64,000 nt of DNA. Origin: Nitrospirales bacterium (GTDB taxonomy: Bacteria > Nitrospirota > Nitrospiria > Nitrospirales > UBA8639). This document shows positions 12,350 through 24,334 of this stretch, piece after piece. The DNA lies in NCBI GenBank assembly GCA_965203295.1, contig CBDBCZ010000014.1, positions 672,001 through 736,000 of the forward strand, in the 5' to 3' direction. Under the pieces are notes generated by a model. That model was not told the origin of the DNA. It saw nothing but the letters and a program-made list of their open reading frames with translations, and did not search any database. A program made the translations under genes and the position numbers. Every line of letters begins with the position of its first letter. The stretch's first letter is position 1.

Positions 12350-13330
12350 TGGGGCGAGCGGGAGCGAGCCCCCCCTTAGTGGTGCGAATGGAGATTCTGT
12401 GCGTACGTACGTCCATACTGCATGGTCCTATATACCGCAAATGCGTCACCGTACCTATTTCAACGGCATGCCCTCAAAATTATCACAAACACGTGCATGC
12501 AGTTCATGGCGTCTGCGTCTTTGTGCAGTTCATGGCGTCCGTGTCTTTGAGATTGTCACAAACACTTGCATGTAGTTCATGGCGTCTGTGTCTTTGAGAT
12601 TATGAGTGACCTGCGCAGACAGCGAACCTTGGAGCGGCGCAGACCGCGCTACAGAGAAAGGAGACACGACGAAACTACCGAGGAGAAGGAGAGAAGACTA
12701 TACAGAGCTAGCGAGAACGCCGAAGGCGGAGACTGTTGGGTGAGTCAGCTGAAGCTAAGGAGGCACGCCTTGAACATCGACGCTCGCTTAGGCGAGAGTG
12801 CAGGACTGCTGTGCTTCCGTGGCTCCCGAGACTATTCTGAGACTATACCATACAGAGGAAAGCAAGGTTTGCAGAAAGACCACAGATTATTTCTGCCTAC
12901 ACTCAGCCAGCTTATTAGCCATAGAGCACTGCCTGAAAGAAGCTTAAAAAATGACGACAGAAAGAGAGAGGACCCGCACCGTGCTTCTGAGACAGCAGCA
13001 CAAAGGGAAGCAAGGCTTGCCGACAGACCAGAATTTTCTACCTATACACTGCCAGCATAGAGCACTGCCTGACAGGGAGAGGCAAGCATCAAGTTGCATC
13101 AAGTTACATCACAGATAGCTATACTGAGAGACAACCTGCTAAAATTCTACATGACAGACCATCATTGAAAGAGATGCATGGGAACATTGAATTCAAACGA
13201 AATGTTGAAGTTCCATGCACATTTTTCTGTAATGGTCTACACTTCTTACTGTGTTCTACTATAGCATCTTCATGCAATATGTACACGTACTCGCTCACGC
13301 TCGCCCCACAATGCTCTGCATTCACCTAGT
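12350..13330 (+). mobile_element. Non-autonomous Helentron/Helitron2-like element
   Basis: Present only in the left arm, inserted at T^T with no TSD (empty site ~32925-32943). Asymmetric IR GGGGCGAGCG/CGCTCGCCCC, 3' hairpin AATGCTCTGCATT, CTAGT end, internal tandem repeats and an R/E-rich (ET.EE.E.RL) ORF remnant. Confidence 0.85.
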
Positions 13331-15032
13331 TAATTTAAGGTATATAGCATTTTTTCACTCCTTGGCCCACTGTTGTTTAGAACCATGGGAAACAGTATGA
13401 TGTTTTGCTACTGTGGACAATTCTAACTTCTAAGTAGATACATTAACAGGTACGGATCGAGATGACTGCAGTTGCGACTATAGAGTCTATGGGAGTGATC
13501 CTCGGAGGTCGTAGTCCTATCCCACCTCGGTTCTACCACAAGTGTCTGTTTTTTCCTTTGCAGGAAACACTCAAGAAATTGAAATCCATGAACTGCCTTG
13601 AAGCCAGTGGTGCATATCAATGCCACTTGTAATCATCTTATGTCTATAAAGTTGATGTGTTATACATATTAATAATTGTGTACAGACTGCGGGCTGCGGT
13701 TCTAGCAGTAACGGGAGGGAGGAGCTGACTTCTCACGTGCATGCTAATCGTTAGTACTGTAGTAAGCTTTAATATAGTCTCACGCTAGTGTACGGTCTTG
13801 CTAGTGTACGGTCTTGCGTCGCTGCAGAGCAACTGCGAAGATCCTCAAGAAGTGTGGCTTTCTGAGTGAGTGCATGTTGGTGAGTGTAAAGCTTAGCAGA
13901 GAATACAGTAGCTTCATTTAAGGTGACCGTAAGGTAAATTATTAGCAGCAACATCATCAGCACCATAAACCATTACTGATTCTCCAACTGAAACTAGTAT
14001 GACTCAATGAATTACTCCACAATGGCATATATACCAAGAGCCAAGTGTGAGGGACAGCCAAAGACACTAGTGTTAGTAAAATACAGAGGCTGAGGATCAT
14101 TACAAAATGATTGGACATGTGCCTGACTCACTCGGGGAGGAGTGCACCCTGGCACTCAATGCCTACGACTTTATATATAAAGCCAATCAACCTTTCGGTA
14201 GCAGGTCAATGCACACTGCCATGCTCAGCGCTATCTGGCATGGTTACACAAGATTTAGCTACTTCTAAGCATGGAGGGTGAGTATGAAACATTCTTTGCT
14301 CATTTCTTCCTCGTCAATCATCTTGCCTCCTCTTTCTTCTGGAGCTTCCAAACTATGCTCAGCACCACTACTGACTCTAGATCGATCTGAGCTGCTTGCT
14401 CTGTTCCTTTCCTGCTTTACTCTCCTGCACTTCATTTCTAAACTCTTCCAAGCTACCAACCATTTAGCAGTGCTTCATATAGAATTCTGTTTTTCACTGT
14501 CTCTGTAATCAATATACCCCTCTCAAGACTAAGAAATGCCCAAAATCTCATCTTGCTTTCATGATTTGTCTTGGTTCCTTACACAGTTCCTTCTAGGGTT
14601 GCTTACCACTGTCATACACTGCATTGTTTGTTAAATATTAACGCAGTAGCAATCACTTATCTAATTGTCACTTGTTTTAGAAGTTGAAGCTTTTGGTATT
14701 TTTGAAGCACAGAGACAGATTTCCAATTAGCCAGGACTATACCTTCCCTGTCTTTGTGTGATCTCAAAGTGGGCTGTCAGGGGTAGGGTTCTGTACATGG
14801 TTTCTTCAGACGTTGCTTACTGCAATTGGACGCAGTACTAGGGAGATGCAGGGCATCTTAGGGCGAGCCTGAGTGAGCGCTTGCTTCCTAGCAGTGATAT
14901 GTGACATGCGTGTACGTTTACTGTGAATTAACAACAACAAGTGACACAAATGACAGTAATTATTCTCAAGTAGCTACTCTCAAAAATGTAAAGTGTTCAG
15001 TACCAATTCCCAATTAGTTATACAATGGAATA

Positions 15033-15246
15033 CCGTAAATCCTAATAGTCAGGCTTAGATGTTGAGTATTTTTGTAAATACAATGAACTGGCTCCCTTAG
15101 TAGTACTGTGAAACAGTCAAGGATCCTGTTCACTGGATTTGCTGTAATTGTACATTCTGTTTCACATAAGTATGGAAGCCTGTTCGCCGTACTTAAAAAG
15201 TACTCAACCTTTAAATCAAAGCTGTTTCCTGACTATTAGGACTGGT
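15033..15246. mobile_element. MITE remnant (mirror ~31020-31230)
   Basis: TA-CCGTAAATCCTAATAGTCAGG ... CCTGACTATTAGGA inverted ends. Confidence 0.55.
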
Positions 15247-16852
15247 TTAAAACATAATAGCATAATTTTCCAAGGGTATGAAAGAGTATGGTTCTTGAGG
15301 GTATAGAAATTTCTATACATCCCAAGGGTTCCTATTTGCCAGTCTTATAAAACACACAACTTTGAAAAGTGATTACTGTGAAGCCTCTAAATTAATCGTA
15401 CCTGAAGAATAGTAACAGCTTCCTATTTAAATCTTCACGCTGATAATGTGCACACAGAACACATTACTTCACTTTTGTTCATGCAATAGTCCCTTACAGA
15501 CAGCAGAATGACATAACAAAATGTGAGAATCAACAAATAATGCCACAACCGCTAACTACAAGAGATACTTGGAGCAGTTACTACTTCCAAAATAATTCCC
15601 CACTCTAATTGATAAGCACACACATAACTTTTCTTGTGTAAACACAACCATCATGTACAGACAGTATGCAGAACATATCACTTCAGTTAGCAATTGTAGA
15701 AGGAACCGTGTAAGAAACCATACTTCTGACAGCCCACCCGGAGATATCGTACTTGAATTAAACATTAGTTTTCTTGTGTTTGCACATTGTCACTTCAGAG
15801 ATTGCAGGCACAAAACATAGGTGGGGGGATATTAGTCACACAGAACACAATTGATGTTATGAAATTTTACAGAACAGGAGTTATTGAATGTTCACCCACT
15901 CTGAGACTCACACACAACCTAAAAACAGGTGACCTGGTGTGCTGTGTGACACCCTACCGCCAACCTAAATAAGTGTGTTTTGACCACTTTATTTCTAAGA
16001 GTGAAGAGCCACAGCCTCTAGCTACCAGAGAAAATGGAGAGGTAACAGCTTCCCAATTTCATTCCACACTCTAGTATAGCATACTTTTCTTACTCGCATA
16101 ATGTTTAACTTAATTCAGAGATTGTATGCAGGTACAAAATATAGGTGAGCTACAATAGTTATAGACTTTCATTAGTAAGCAATGTTGTACTGTAGGCTTA
16201 GAGGGTGATGTATGTCCGGAAAGCAGGCACCCTGAGGTGCAATGTCGCTATTTCTTAGTAATCACTTTTCGGTTGCTCTTATACATATTCCTGGCCAATA
16301 ATGAGGGTAGCTATTATAACCTAAGAGGGATTTCTATGAAGCAGTGACATTGTACCAAGGTTGCCTGTTCAACAGACATATATACAGAAGCACTCAACCT
16401 CTAAGCCAAGGTTATTTTCAGACTGTTTATCCTGGTGTAAACTATAATCCCAGAAATGTGGCTCTTGGTATTTATATAGTACTGAGACGGATTCCCATCT
16501 TTAGTTTAATTATTCTTCTAGTGCGATGTGAAAGGGGGCTGTCAGTATGTAGGACATTTTCTTACAAGATTTGAGTTTAACCATGCGTTGCTTACTGAAG
16601 TCGTAATCTCTAGAGATATAACTACATAGACCATAATTGTTTCTCACTCTCTGAATTAACTGCATGAGATAAGGAGTGTGTACGTATGCTTACTTAGAGT
16701 GGGGAAGCTGTTACTTTTCCTCTCTCTCTGGTAGCTAGAGGCTGTGGCTTTTGGTATCTCTGGAATACAGAGACAGATTCCCAATTAGCTAGGAATGCGT
16801 ACCTTTCCTGACTTTGTGCGATCTCAACGTGGGCTGTCAGGGGTACCGCGCG

Positions 16853-17071
16853 CATGCAGAAATAAAGTGGAATGCGTTACAGGGAAATTTGACAGGAAAT
16901 CTGGCAGTTTAGGTACAGGACAGTATAGGATAGGGTAGAATTTCCTTTAAAATCATGAAATTCTGCCCTATTCTATACTACCTTAAATTGTACCTGAAAT
17001 ACCAGATTTTCTGTCAAATTTCCTTGTAACACGTTTCAGGAAATTCCACTTTTTTCTGCATTTTTTTACTG
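16853..17071. mobile_element. Palindromic MITE (mirror ~29193-29411)
   Basis: Long imperfect foldback TGCAGAAATAAAGTGGAA..GGAAATTTGACAG / CTGTCAAATTTCC..TTCCACTTTTTTCTGCA, ending ACTG-TA. Confidence 0.65.
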
Positions 17072-19108
17072 TACATGGTTGCTTACATGATTCCTTCTAG
17101 AGCTGCTTGCCGCGATTAGGTACTGCATAGTTTGTCTATTTTCACATTTTGTTCTGTCTGCTGTCTTTAAAGGAGAACTATGAACGCTAAATTAGAGCTG
17201 GGATGTGTTTGGGAAGCAGTCAATTATTTTTTCTCCCTGGTAGCTAGAGAGTGTGGCTCTTAGCATCTTCAAAATGCAAGGACTGATTTCCTATTAGTTG
17301 TGCAAAGGAATATCCTTACTTCAATTCTTCAAATACAATATTTCACGGAGTGGGCTCTTAGTGGTACGAATCCTTACACGGTTCTTTCTAGAGTTGCTTG
17401 CTGATGTAGTATACTGTATTAATTTACTAGTTGTTTACCACCTATTGTTTGTACCGAATATCTCTAGCAGATCATTGTGAGAACATATGAAAAGTAATAG
17501 ATGTATGGCGGGGATGAAATTAGGATGCAGTAGCTGCTCCAATTCTCTCTGGTAGAGAGAGGTTGTGGCTTTTGGTGTCCACCCTTCTTCAGGTATTGAA
17601 GTGCTATCTCAAAGTGGGCTGTCAGGGGTAGTGTTCCTGACTTGGTTCCTTACATGGTTCCATCTAGAGCAGCGTATTACGATTTTGTACTGCATATAAT
17701 TTGGTTTGTTTTCACATTTATCCTGTCTTCTTTCCCTAAAGAATCATTGTGTTCACATGTGGAGAGTAAAGTATGCACTTACCAGAGTAGGCAATTATTT
17801 GGGAAGCACTAACTGCTCCAATTCTCTCTGCTAGGAATACACTGATCTCAAAGTTGGCTATCAGTACAAGACACGGTTCCTTATTAGACGTTTCCTCAAC
17901 TGTTGATTATTAATGGCTCATTCCACTTTGCTTATTGAAGTTGTGTTCTGTGTGACTAATTATCTCCCACCTATGTTTCATTTTAGCAATCACTAATGGC
18001 AAACACAAGAAAGGTAATGTGTACAATTAATTAGAGTTGGAAATGAAATTGGGAATTTGGTTCAATAACCTCCCTGTTCCTTGAATAAAGACTTCATTCT
18101 TCTGTACTTTAATTCAACCTCAGCGTGATCTGCATACTGTTTCTTGCGCAGTAAGAGCTACATGTAGTAAGTTTAGCTTGGTCATACCTAAGTACATGCA
18201 TGGTCTACGTTATTGTACACACATTCGTAGGCATACAGCAGATCTAGAGCTCAGCCTGTCCAGGTAGCTAGAGTGCGATAATATTTCCTAGGCGCTACCG
18301 TATTTCCTAGTACTAGTAAATTGAATCGCTCAGCGATAGTATTTCCTAGTAAATTCTGTCGCCGCGATCGAATTTCCGAGCGATCGAATTTACTGTGACA
18401 CCGTGTCTTGTACTGACAGCCAACTTTGAGATCAGTGCATATTCCTAGCAGAGAGAATTGGAGCCGTACCTCTCATTTCATGTATTATTGGTATCGAGAA
18501 CGCGACAATGAACCGACAGCTAGCTAAGAAAAAGGAACCACGAAGTAAATAAATGCGGGGGCGGGGCACGCTACGATATGCGCCACGCGCGTCAATGCTT
18601 TTCGCGCCAGCTCACGCAGCTCTTGACTGCGTAAGAAAGTTGAACTCTCTAGAATTAAAGTGCGGAAGAATGAAGTCTCTATTCAAGGAACAGGGAGGTA
18701 TAGGTATTATCAAATAATTTGTAGCAAGACCTGACAGTTTTCAATTTATACCCCATGCACATAGCAGTTTCACGAGTTCACATGAAACAGTAATTGATTG
18801 TAGGTATCTATCAATGGATGCATGTAAAGAACTTTGAGATTATACTTCTTTGTAGTATACTGTGTGGGCGGATCAAACACTCTGGGAAGTAAATATCAGT
18901 GATAATTCCCTCTCTAAATATATTTCCTTTTCCCACAGGGCAGAAGTACAGCAAAACATGATTATAAACACAACAGGGGTAATTATTGCGACAGTTATAC
19001 GCATAAATAATATTATGAATATTCAAAATTCAAGCGCGCACGTGTACTGTACTAATATAATTATAGCTACTAAGCGCACGTGTGGAGAAGTTCAGAGCAC
19101 TGCTGCCT

Positions 19109-19650
19109 TTACAGGTCGTCCAAGAACTGCTTGACTTCGTTGTATGTAAGTTCAAATGGTTGTGCGAGTGGGGCTTTTGGGCCAGGCTGTGGGGTTGTGT
19201 TTATGTTGATGACACATCCTTGCAGGTTCTGGAACTGGAAGGAGGAGGGTCCGGGTACAGGTCCTGCAGTCAAAGTAGGTGGAGCTTGAGCGGTCCAAGG
19301 ATCAGTGCGTGGCTGCCAAGAGTGCTGAGTGTGCGATAGGATTGCCGAGACATTCCTGTACTGATGCTCCGATGTATTCTCGTAGCGGCGGAGTGCATCT
19401 AGGCTTTTATGTCCAGTTCGCTGCTGTATCAGCTTCTCTGGTACGCCAGCCGAGAATAGCTGTGTTGCCCCAGCAGCCCTCAAGCTGTGGTTGGTTTTGT
19501 TGCCATGGACCCCAGCTTCAGCGCACATATCCTTCACCATACTTTGAAGGGAATTCCAGCCGATTGGTTGAATACTGAACCACGCCTTACTGGGATCAAC
19601 AGGTGTAGCAGCCAGAGGACGAAGATAGAAATTGTCCCTTTCAAAATGCA
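19109..19650 (-). mobile_element. Crypton-type tyrosine recombinase (DUF3504/ZMYM-like), C-terminal fragment
   Basis: FYLRP, W(F/Y)..QPIG.N.L, KTNHSLRA.GAT.LF.AGVPEKLIQQRTGHKS...LRRYE, retaining the catalytic HxxR, H and Y. The N-terminal half is missing. Confidence 0.9.
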
Positions 19651-19841
19651 CAAAATGCAACGGACTATTTATACAGCTTGCCAAAAAATATTGTCTCTGG
19701 ATGCAAGTCTGACTCTAATATTGTAACAATTACAACAACGCAGTGTCTATTGACACCGACCGTCGGTGCCAATGCCGGTCATCAATACGCTATTGGCACC
19801 GATCCATCACATGCACCTTTGCCGGTTTTATCGTTGTAGAA

Positions 19842-22800
19842 ATGGCGCAAATTCCTGAGACGGGGAAGAAGTTTGAGAGTTTTGACCAGGTAACTCAGCT
19901 TTTGGACCAACTAAAAGAAGCAAATCATCCCCTGCGTGTGTACAACAGCCAAAGTGTCGATGAGTACAATAAAAGACGAGAGAAAGCCAAGTCACCCCTG
20001 GATCCTGTGGATAAGAAATGGCAATATACTTATTACAGCCTTCGGTGCGTGCATTATGGCCAGGCCCGCAGCAGGAGTAAAGGTATAAGGCCTAATCAGA
20101 GACATTTTGCTATGGATTGTCCAGCCAAACTCACCATATCGTATGACAGAGGGGCTAAGTGTCTTGTTCTCAGAGAGTGCTTATTACAGCACAACCACCG
20201 CACAAGTAGTGAGATCATGGTACACTATCCATCAAGCCGTAGGCTGAATGAAGTTGAGAAACAAAGAATCAGTGAAGTGCTTAGCCTTAAACCTAACAAT
20301 TAGCATTTGAAAGATCACATTCAGCAGAAATATGGCAAGATGGTTACGCTTAAAGATATTCAGAATCTGAAAGCAAAAATCAAGGAAGATGCCAAGAAAG
20401 GACGGAGAGATGAACAAATTCTTCTGGATTCACTTCAGGATGCTCTGACAAAGGATGCAAAAGCTAAAGGTGGTATTGCAGTTAATGAGGACGATGAACT
20501 TGCTGTTCTGTACTTCCAGTCAGGTCACATGTCTGATATGTTTGAAAGGTTCTCTGAGATACTCTTAATTGATGGAACATATAATGTCAACAGCCTTGGT
20601 ATGCCTCTTTACTGTTTTATGGTAGAGGATGGCTTTGGCTATGGTAGAAATGTTTTCTATGCAGCCACAGCTGAAGAGAATGCACCACACCTGTTGAAGA
20701 TTATCCAGTCATTCAAAGCTTCCAATTCATCCTGGTCTCAGGTTCAAGTTATTGTTATTGACAAGGATTTTACAGAGTTGCAAACTCTACAACAAGAGTT
20801 TCCAAGAGCTAAAGTATTATTCTGCCAGTTCCATGTCATAAAATACCTCTTCAAACAGCTAGCGGAGTTGGATATTGCAAAGGAGAATCGCGAAGAGGCT
20901 CGTGAACTAATTCGAAGACTGGTCCATGCCTGTAGTGAAACAGAATACACCGATCTGAAAGGTGAACTCCTGCAAGTGTGCAATGATGCATTCAAGCAGT
21001 ACTTTACCAAGTGTTGGGACACTTGCAAGGTACAATGGGTCTCTTTTCTCAGGGATGAATACCTTCACCTAGCAAATACTACCAACAATCGTCTTGAGTG
21101 CCATAACCAAAAGTTGAAGGATGTTACCAGTCGATCAATGTCCCTATCTGAAATGTTTGCAAATGTTTTGCTGTTTTGTCGAACCAATGCTGCTGAGTAT
21201 TCACACAAGTCCTTTACTGAGGAATTCACTTCTCGCAACACAGAAAATGATGACATTTCCGGTGTACGTGAAATAACGTCCACTTGCACAGCGTATGCAG
21301 CAGATAGAGTCGTAGAACAGTTAAAGCTGTCTCAGACTATTCAGTACCAACTTACAAGTGAAAGTGATGGAATGATGCCGGATTTTGTGGTAGCATACAA
21401 TGATCATCATCATCGTGTATCCCTTGCCACAAATAGCTGTTCTTGTAGCTTTTCAAAAACAATGGGACTACCATGTCGGCACCTGTTTGTTGTTCGTGCA
21501 GCACAAGAGCTTCCAGTTTTTGACCTAACAACAGTGGCTAGAAGATGGCACAAAGACTACCAGATATTAGTTGGAGTTGGTGCCGAAGGCCAAGAAAATG
21601 AATCTGAAAGAGAATGCCCAGTGTTGGACCAAGAGAATGAATTAGAAGAATGTCCAGTGTTAGACCAAGTAGAAGGAGAATGCCCACTGTCCGTATCCTC
21701 CTTGTTGGTGAAGTCACGACTTAGGGGAACTCTTTCAAGAAATCAAAAATACACAAAGGTAGTTGGACTTGGACAGAAGCTGGCAACGATAGTCTCAGAG
21801 TGTGGAATGCCAGATTTCCGAAGGAGGTATGATGTCATTGAATCTATTATTCACTGTTGGGAGAAGAATGTGGAAATTGAAGTTGTTCCAATCCAGGATA
21901 CACCCATGACCTCTTCAGCTGGGGAGGTTAGTTCATTTAAGTATTAATTTATTATTACTAATTCTAATTTTGTCATAGATGGTAAGGCACTAATGATTGT
22001 TTAATAATACACATGTAGGACTTACCAGATTGTGATGTTCCACGGGCTAATGATGCCAAGTGTGAGGAATGTGTGAACCTCTATGAGGTTAGTTTCATCC
22101 CTGTGCAACAACACTTCTTGGAGGTGTTAGGCTATGATTACATTTACATTGTACATTACACAGGAGATACAGGAAGTGAGTGCTCTGATGGATGGAGATG
22201 GGGATCTGTCAGTGATTAGTCCAGTAGATGATGTCATTGAAGACAAGTCTTGCAGAGTCAGTGAAGTAAGCAATAACTAAATGGTACATACCTACTGCCA
22301 TAGAGGTTACTACATACCGGTACATTCATATATGCATTGTCTAGGAAAACAGTACACCAGGAAAATCAGAAGTGGATACGGATAATACTCTGGTTGAGAA
22401 AGACAATGTATGTTATTCCGTGTATATAGGAGTGCTACTGATGTGTATGCAGCCCACTCTCCACCATACTATACGCACACACATGCACACATGTATAGGC
22501 ATGCAATTTTTTGTTGTCTATTTTTATTGTAGTATATTTATCTCCAAACAGGATTGAGCTCAAATCTTATATCTAATACAGGTCTGTTTTTTGGTTTTAG
22601 CTAATTGCTCCCTGCAACCTATTATGCTGTAGGTATCAGAGGTCCCATCTCCTGTGCACAATGATGGTGAAACCATTGCTGATGGCAATCATAAGGTAAA
22701 TAATTGTATAATGGTATGCTTACCACATTTGACTTTTATTGCTATACCTTGCAGGACTGCAATTCTTTGCGGCTCTCTATTCTTCGTGAGAAACTTAGAC

Positions 22801-23931
22801 TAAAATCGCATGTAAAGTGCAAAGGACGACCGAAGCAAAGCAGTAAACTCTGGCCATCGAAGAACAAAGGAAAGAAAACTGGTAGTTCAGCTAGCACTGG
22901 CAAAGAGAATTTGCAATTGAATGGCAAAGGTTCCCAACATGGAAACAAGAGAGCAGCAAACCCTGAAAAGGAAGATCCCATCTCCCCAAAAGCAAAAAGG
23001 CAACGACATCAATCTCATGATGTAAAAAGAGGTCGTCTCTATCAGCCTGGGACACCTGCTTACCGCTCCAGAATGAAGAGGGAAAGGAGTCGCAAGAAAG
23101 CAAAAATTGCAAGAGATGCATGTATCAGGGAAGAGGAATTAATTACTATTCCATATGATGTCGATGAACCCACTGAGGAACAGATTTGTATGGTGTTCTC
23201 TGAAACAAATCTCTTGCACTCTGATATTGAAATATTAGAGAGTTCTGACAAGTGGCTCAATGACAAGTTGATCAACGCCGGGCAGGTACTGATGAAGGAG
23301 AAGTTTGGACATGTTGCTGGACTTCAAGACGTTGGGCGAAGTAATACACTTACATTTGAAGATGAGTCAGAAGAAAGTAATTTCATTCAGATCCTGAACT
23401 GCCATGGGTCACATTGGATTTGTGTAACCAACATGAACTGCAAGCCCAATGTAGTGAAAATTTACGATAGTATGCGCACTGGAGATGTGCCAACCAGCAC
23501 CAAGGAAGTCATTGCTTCCCTACTGCACCTACCACAAAGCTACATCTTTCTCATTTTCCCTGATGTACAACAACAGTCTGGAGGCTCAGAGTGTGGACTG
23601 TATTCTCTAGCATTTGCCTACACATTGTGTAGTGGGAAAGATCCAGCTACGATTGAATATGATCAATCCCTGTTCCGTGTTCATTTCTTAAACTGTCTCA
23701 AAGAAAGAACTATTGCATCTTTTCGACACTGCCCTCGGCTGTATATACCAGAAGAACCACTTTGGCGAAAGTTTCGAGTCTACTGCTATTGCCGCCTTCC
23801 TGACACCGGAGACAGTATGGTCCAGTGTTTAAACTGCCATGAGTGGTTTCACTTTACCTGTGTAGATCATACAGAAGATTGTGATACAAGTTAGTGAGGA
23901 CTGGTATTGCCAGAATTGCCCAGTGCTGTAG
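19842..23931 (+). pseudogene. MULE transposase: ZSWIM3-like N-terminal zinc finger, DDE core, SWIM, Ulp1/C48 protease, PHD
   Basis: DGTY, IDKD, CQFH, TNNRLE and CSC..GLPCRH. The last exon has WLND, HW, YDS, QQSGGSECG and YCYC..C..C..WFH..CV. In-frame TAG at 20301-20303 and a frameshift at ~23892 that separates the final WYCQNC. Probable short GT-AG exons lie at ~22020-22695. Confidence 0.88.
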
Positions 23932-23964
23932 CATTCTTCATTTTAATTTATCGTCATAAATAAT

Positions 23965-24143
23965 TGGGGCGAGCACAGCGAGCCCTGTACTAGCGAGGTC
24001 AATGCCAACTCTGTTTGTATGTATGTCATCGACCGACCTGTATGTATGTCATCGACCGACCGGTCGCATTGCGCATGCGCAGAAACATGCTAAGCACATG
24101 TTGTAGTTGCGCTCGCCCCACAAATGCTCTGCATTCTCCTAGT
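23965..24143 (+). mobile_element. Miniature Helentron-like element nested in the MULE
   Basis: Same termini as 12350-13330 (TGGGGCGAGC ... GCTCGCCCCACA-AATGCTCTGCATT-CTCCTAGT) with a GTAT microsatellite and a short tandem repeat. Confidence 0.8.
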
Positions 24144-24334
24144 TATTACGCTATAGGCGTAGCTACACGTGCGCGGTTGCATTGCGAATCCTGTGGCCAC
24201 GTGGCTACAATTTAATATACGGCGGGCGATCGGTGGCAAAAGAAAGCTCGTGGCTCTTATTGACAACGAATCGGTGGTAATAGGTATTTTATGGCCCTTT
24301 TTGACACCGACTGTCGGTGTCAATAGCCTCGGCC

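Larger units (their letters stand above)
4090..18063 (+). repeat. Left arm of a large inverted duplication (palindrome)
   Basis: Reverse complement of 28200-50100. Mirrored ORFs are identical or nearly so (10824-11267 vs 33657-34100; 12031-12267 vs 33016-33252; 13423-13626 vs 32638-32841; 16344-16574 vs 29692-29922; 5369-5638 vs 45159-45428). Inner end is GGGAATTTGGTTC at 18063. Confidence 0.95.
14570..18063. repeat. Second block of the modular repeat array (mirrored at 28200-31700)
   Basis: Same modules as 185-3300; ~15400-16150 is in the opposite orientation. Confidence 0.8.
19747..24326 (+). mobile_element. Mutator/MULE DNA transposon with Ulp1 protease and PHD finger
   Basis: ~57-bp imperfect TIRs (CTATTGACACCGAC.GTCGGTG.CAA...CTATT..CACCGAT) at 19747-19803 and 24270-24326 enclosing the transposase gene. 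No TSD found. Confidence 0.85.

Noticed and set aside
12566..13060. 164-aa R/E-rich ORF as a host gene
   Set aside because: It lies wholly inside the Helentron-like insertion and is frameshifted.
20301..20303. Programmed readthrough or recoded stop in the MULE (and the TGA at 24932 in the CRE)
   Set aside because: Single-base nonsense changes (AAG>TAG, CGA>TGA) explain both, and no recoding signal is evident.
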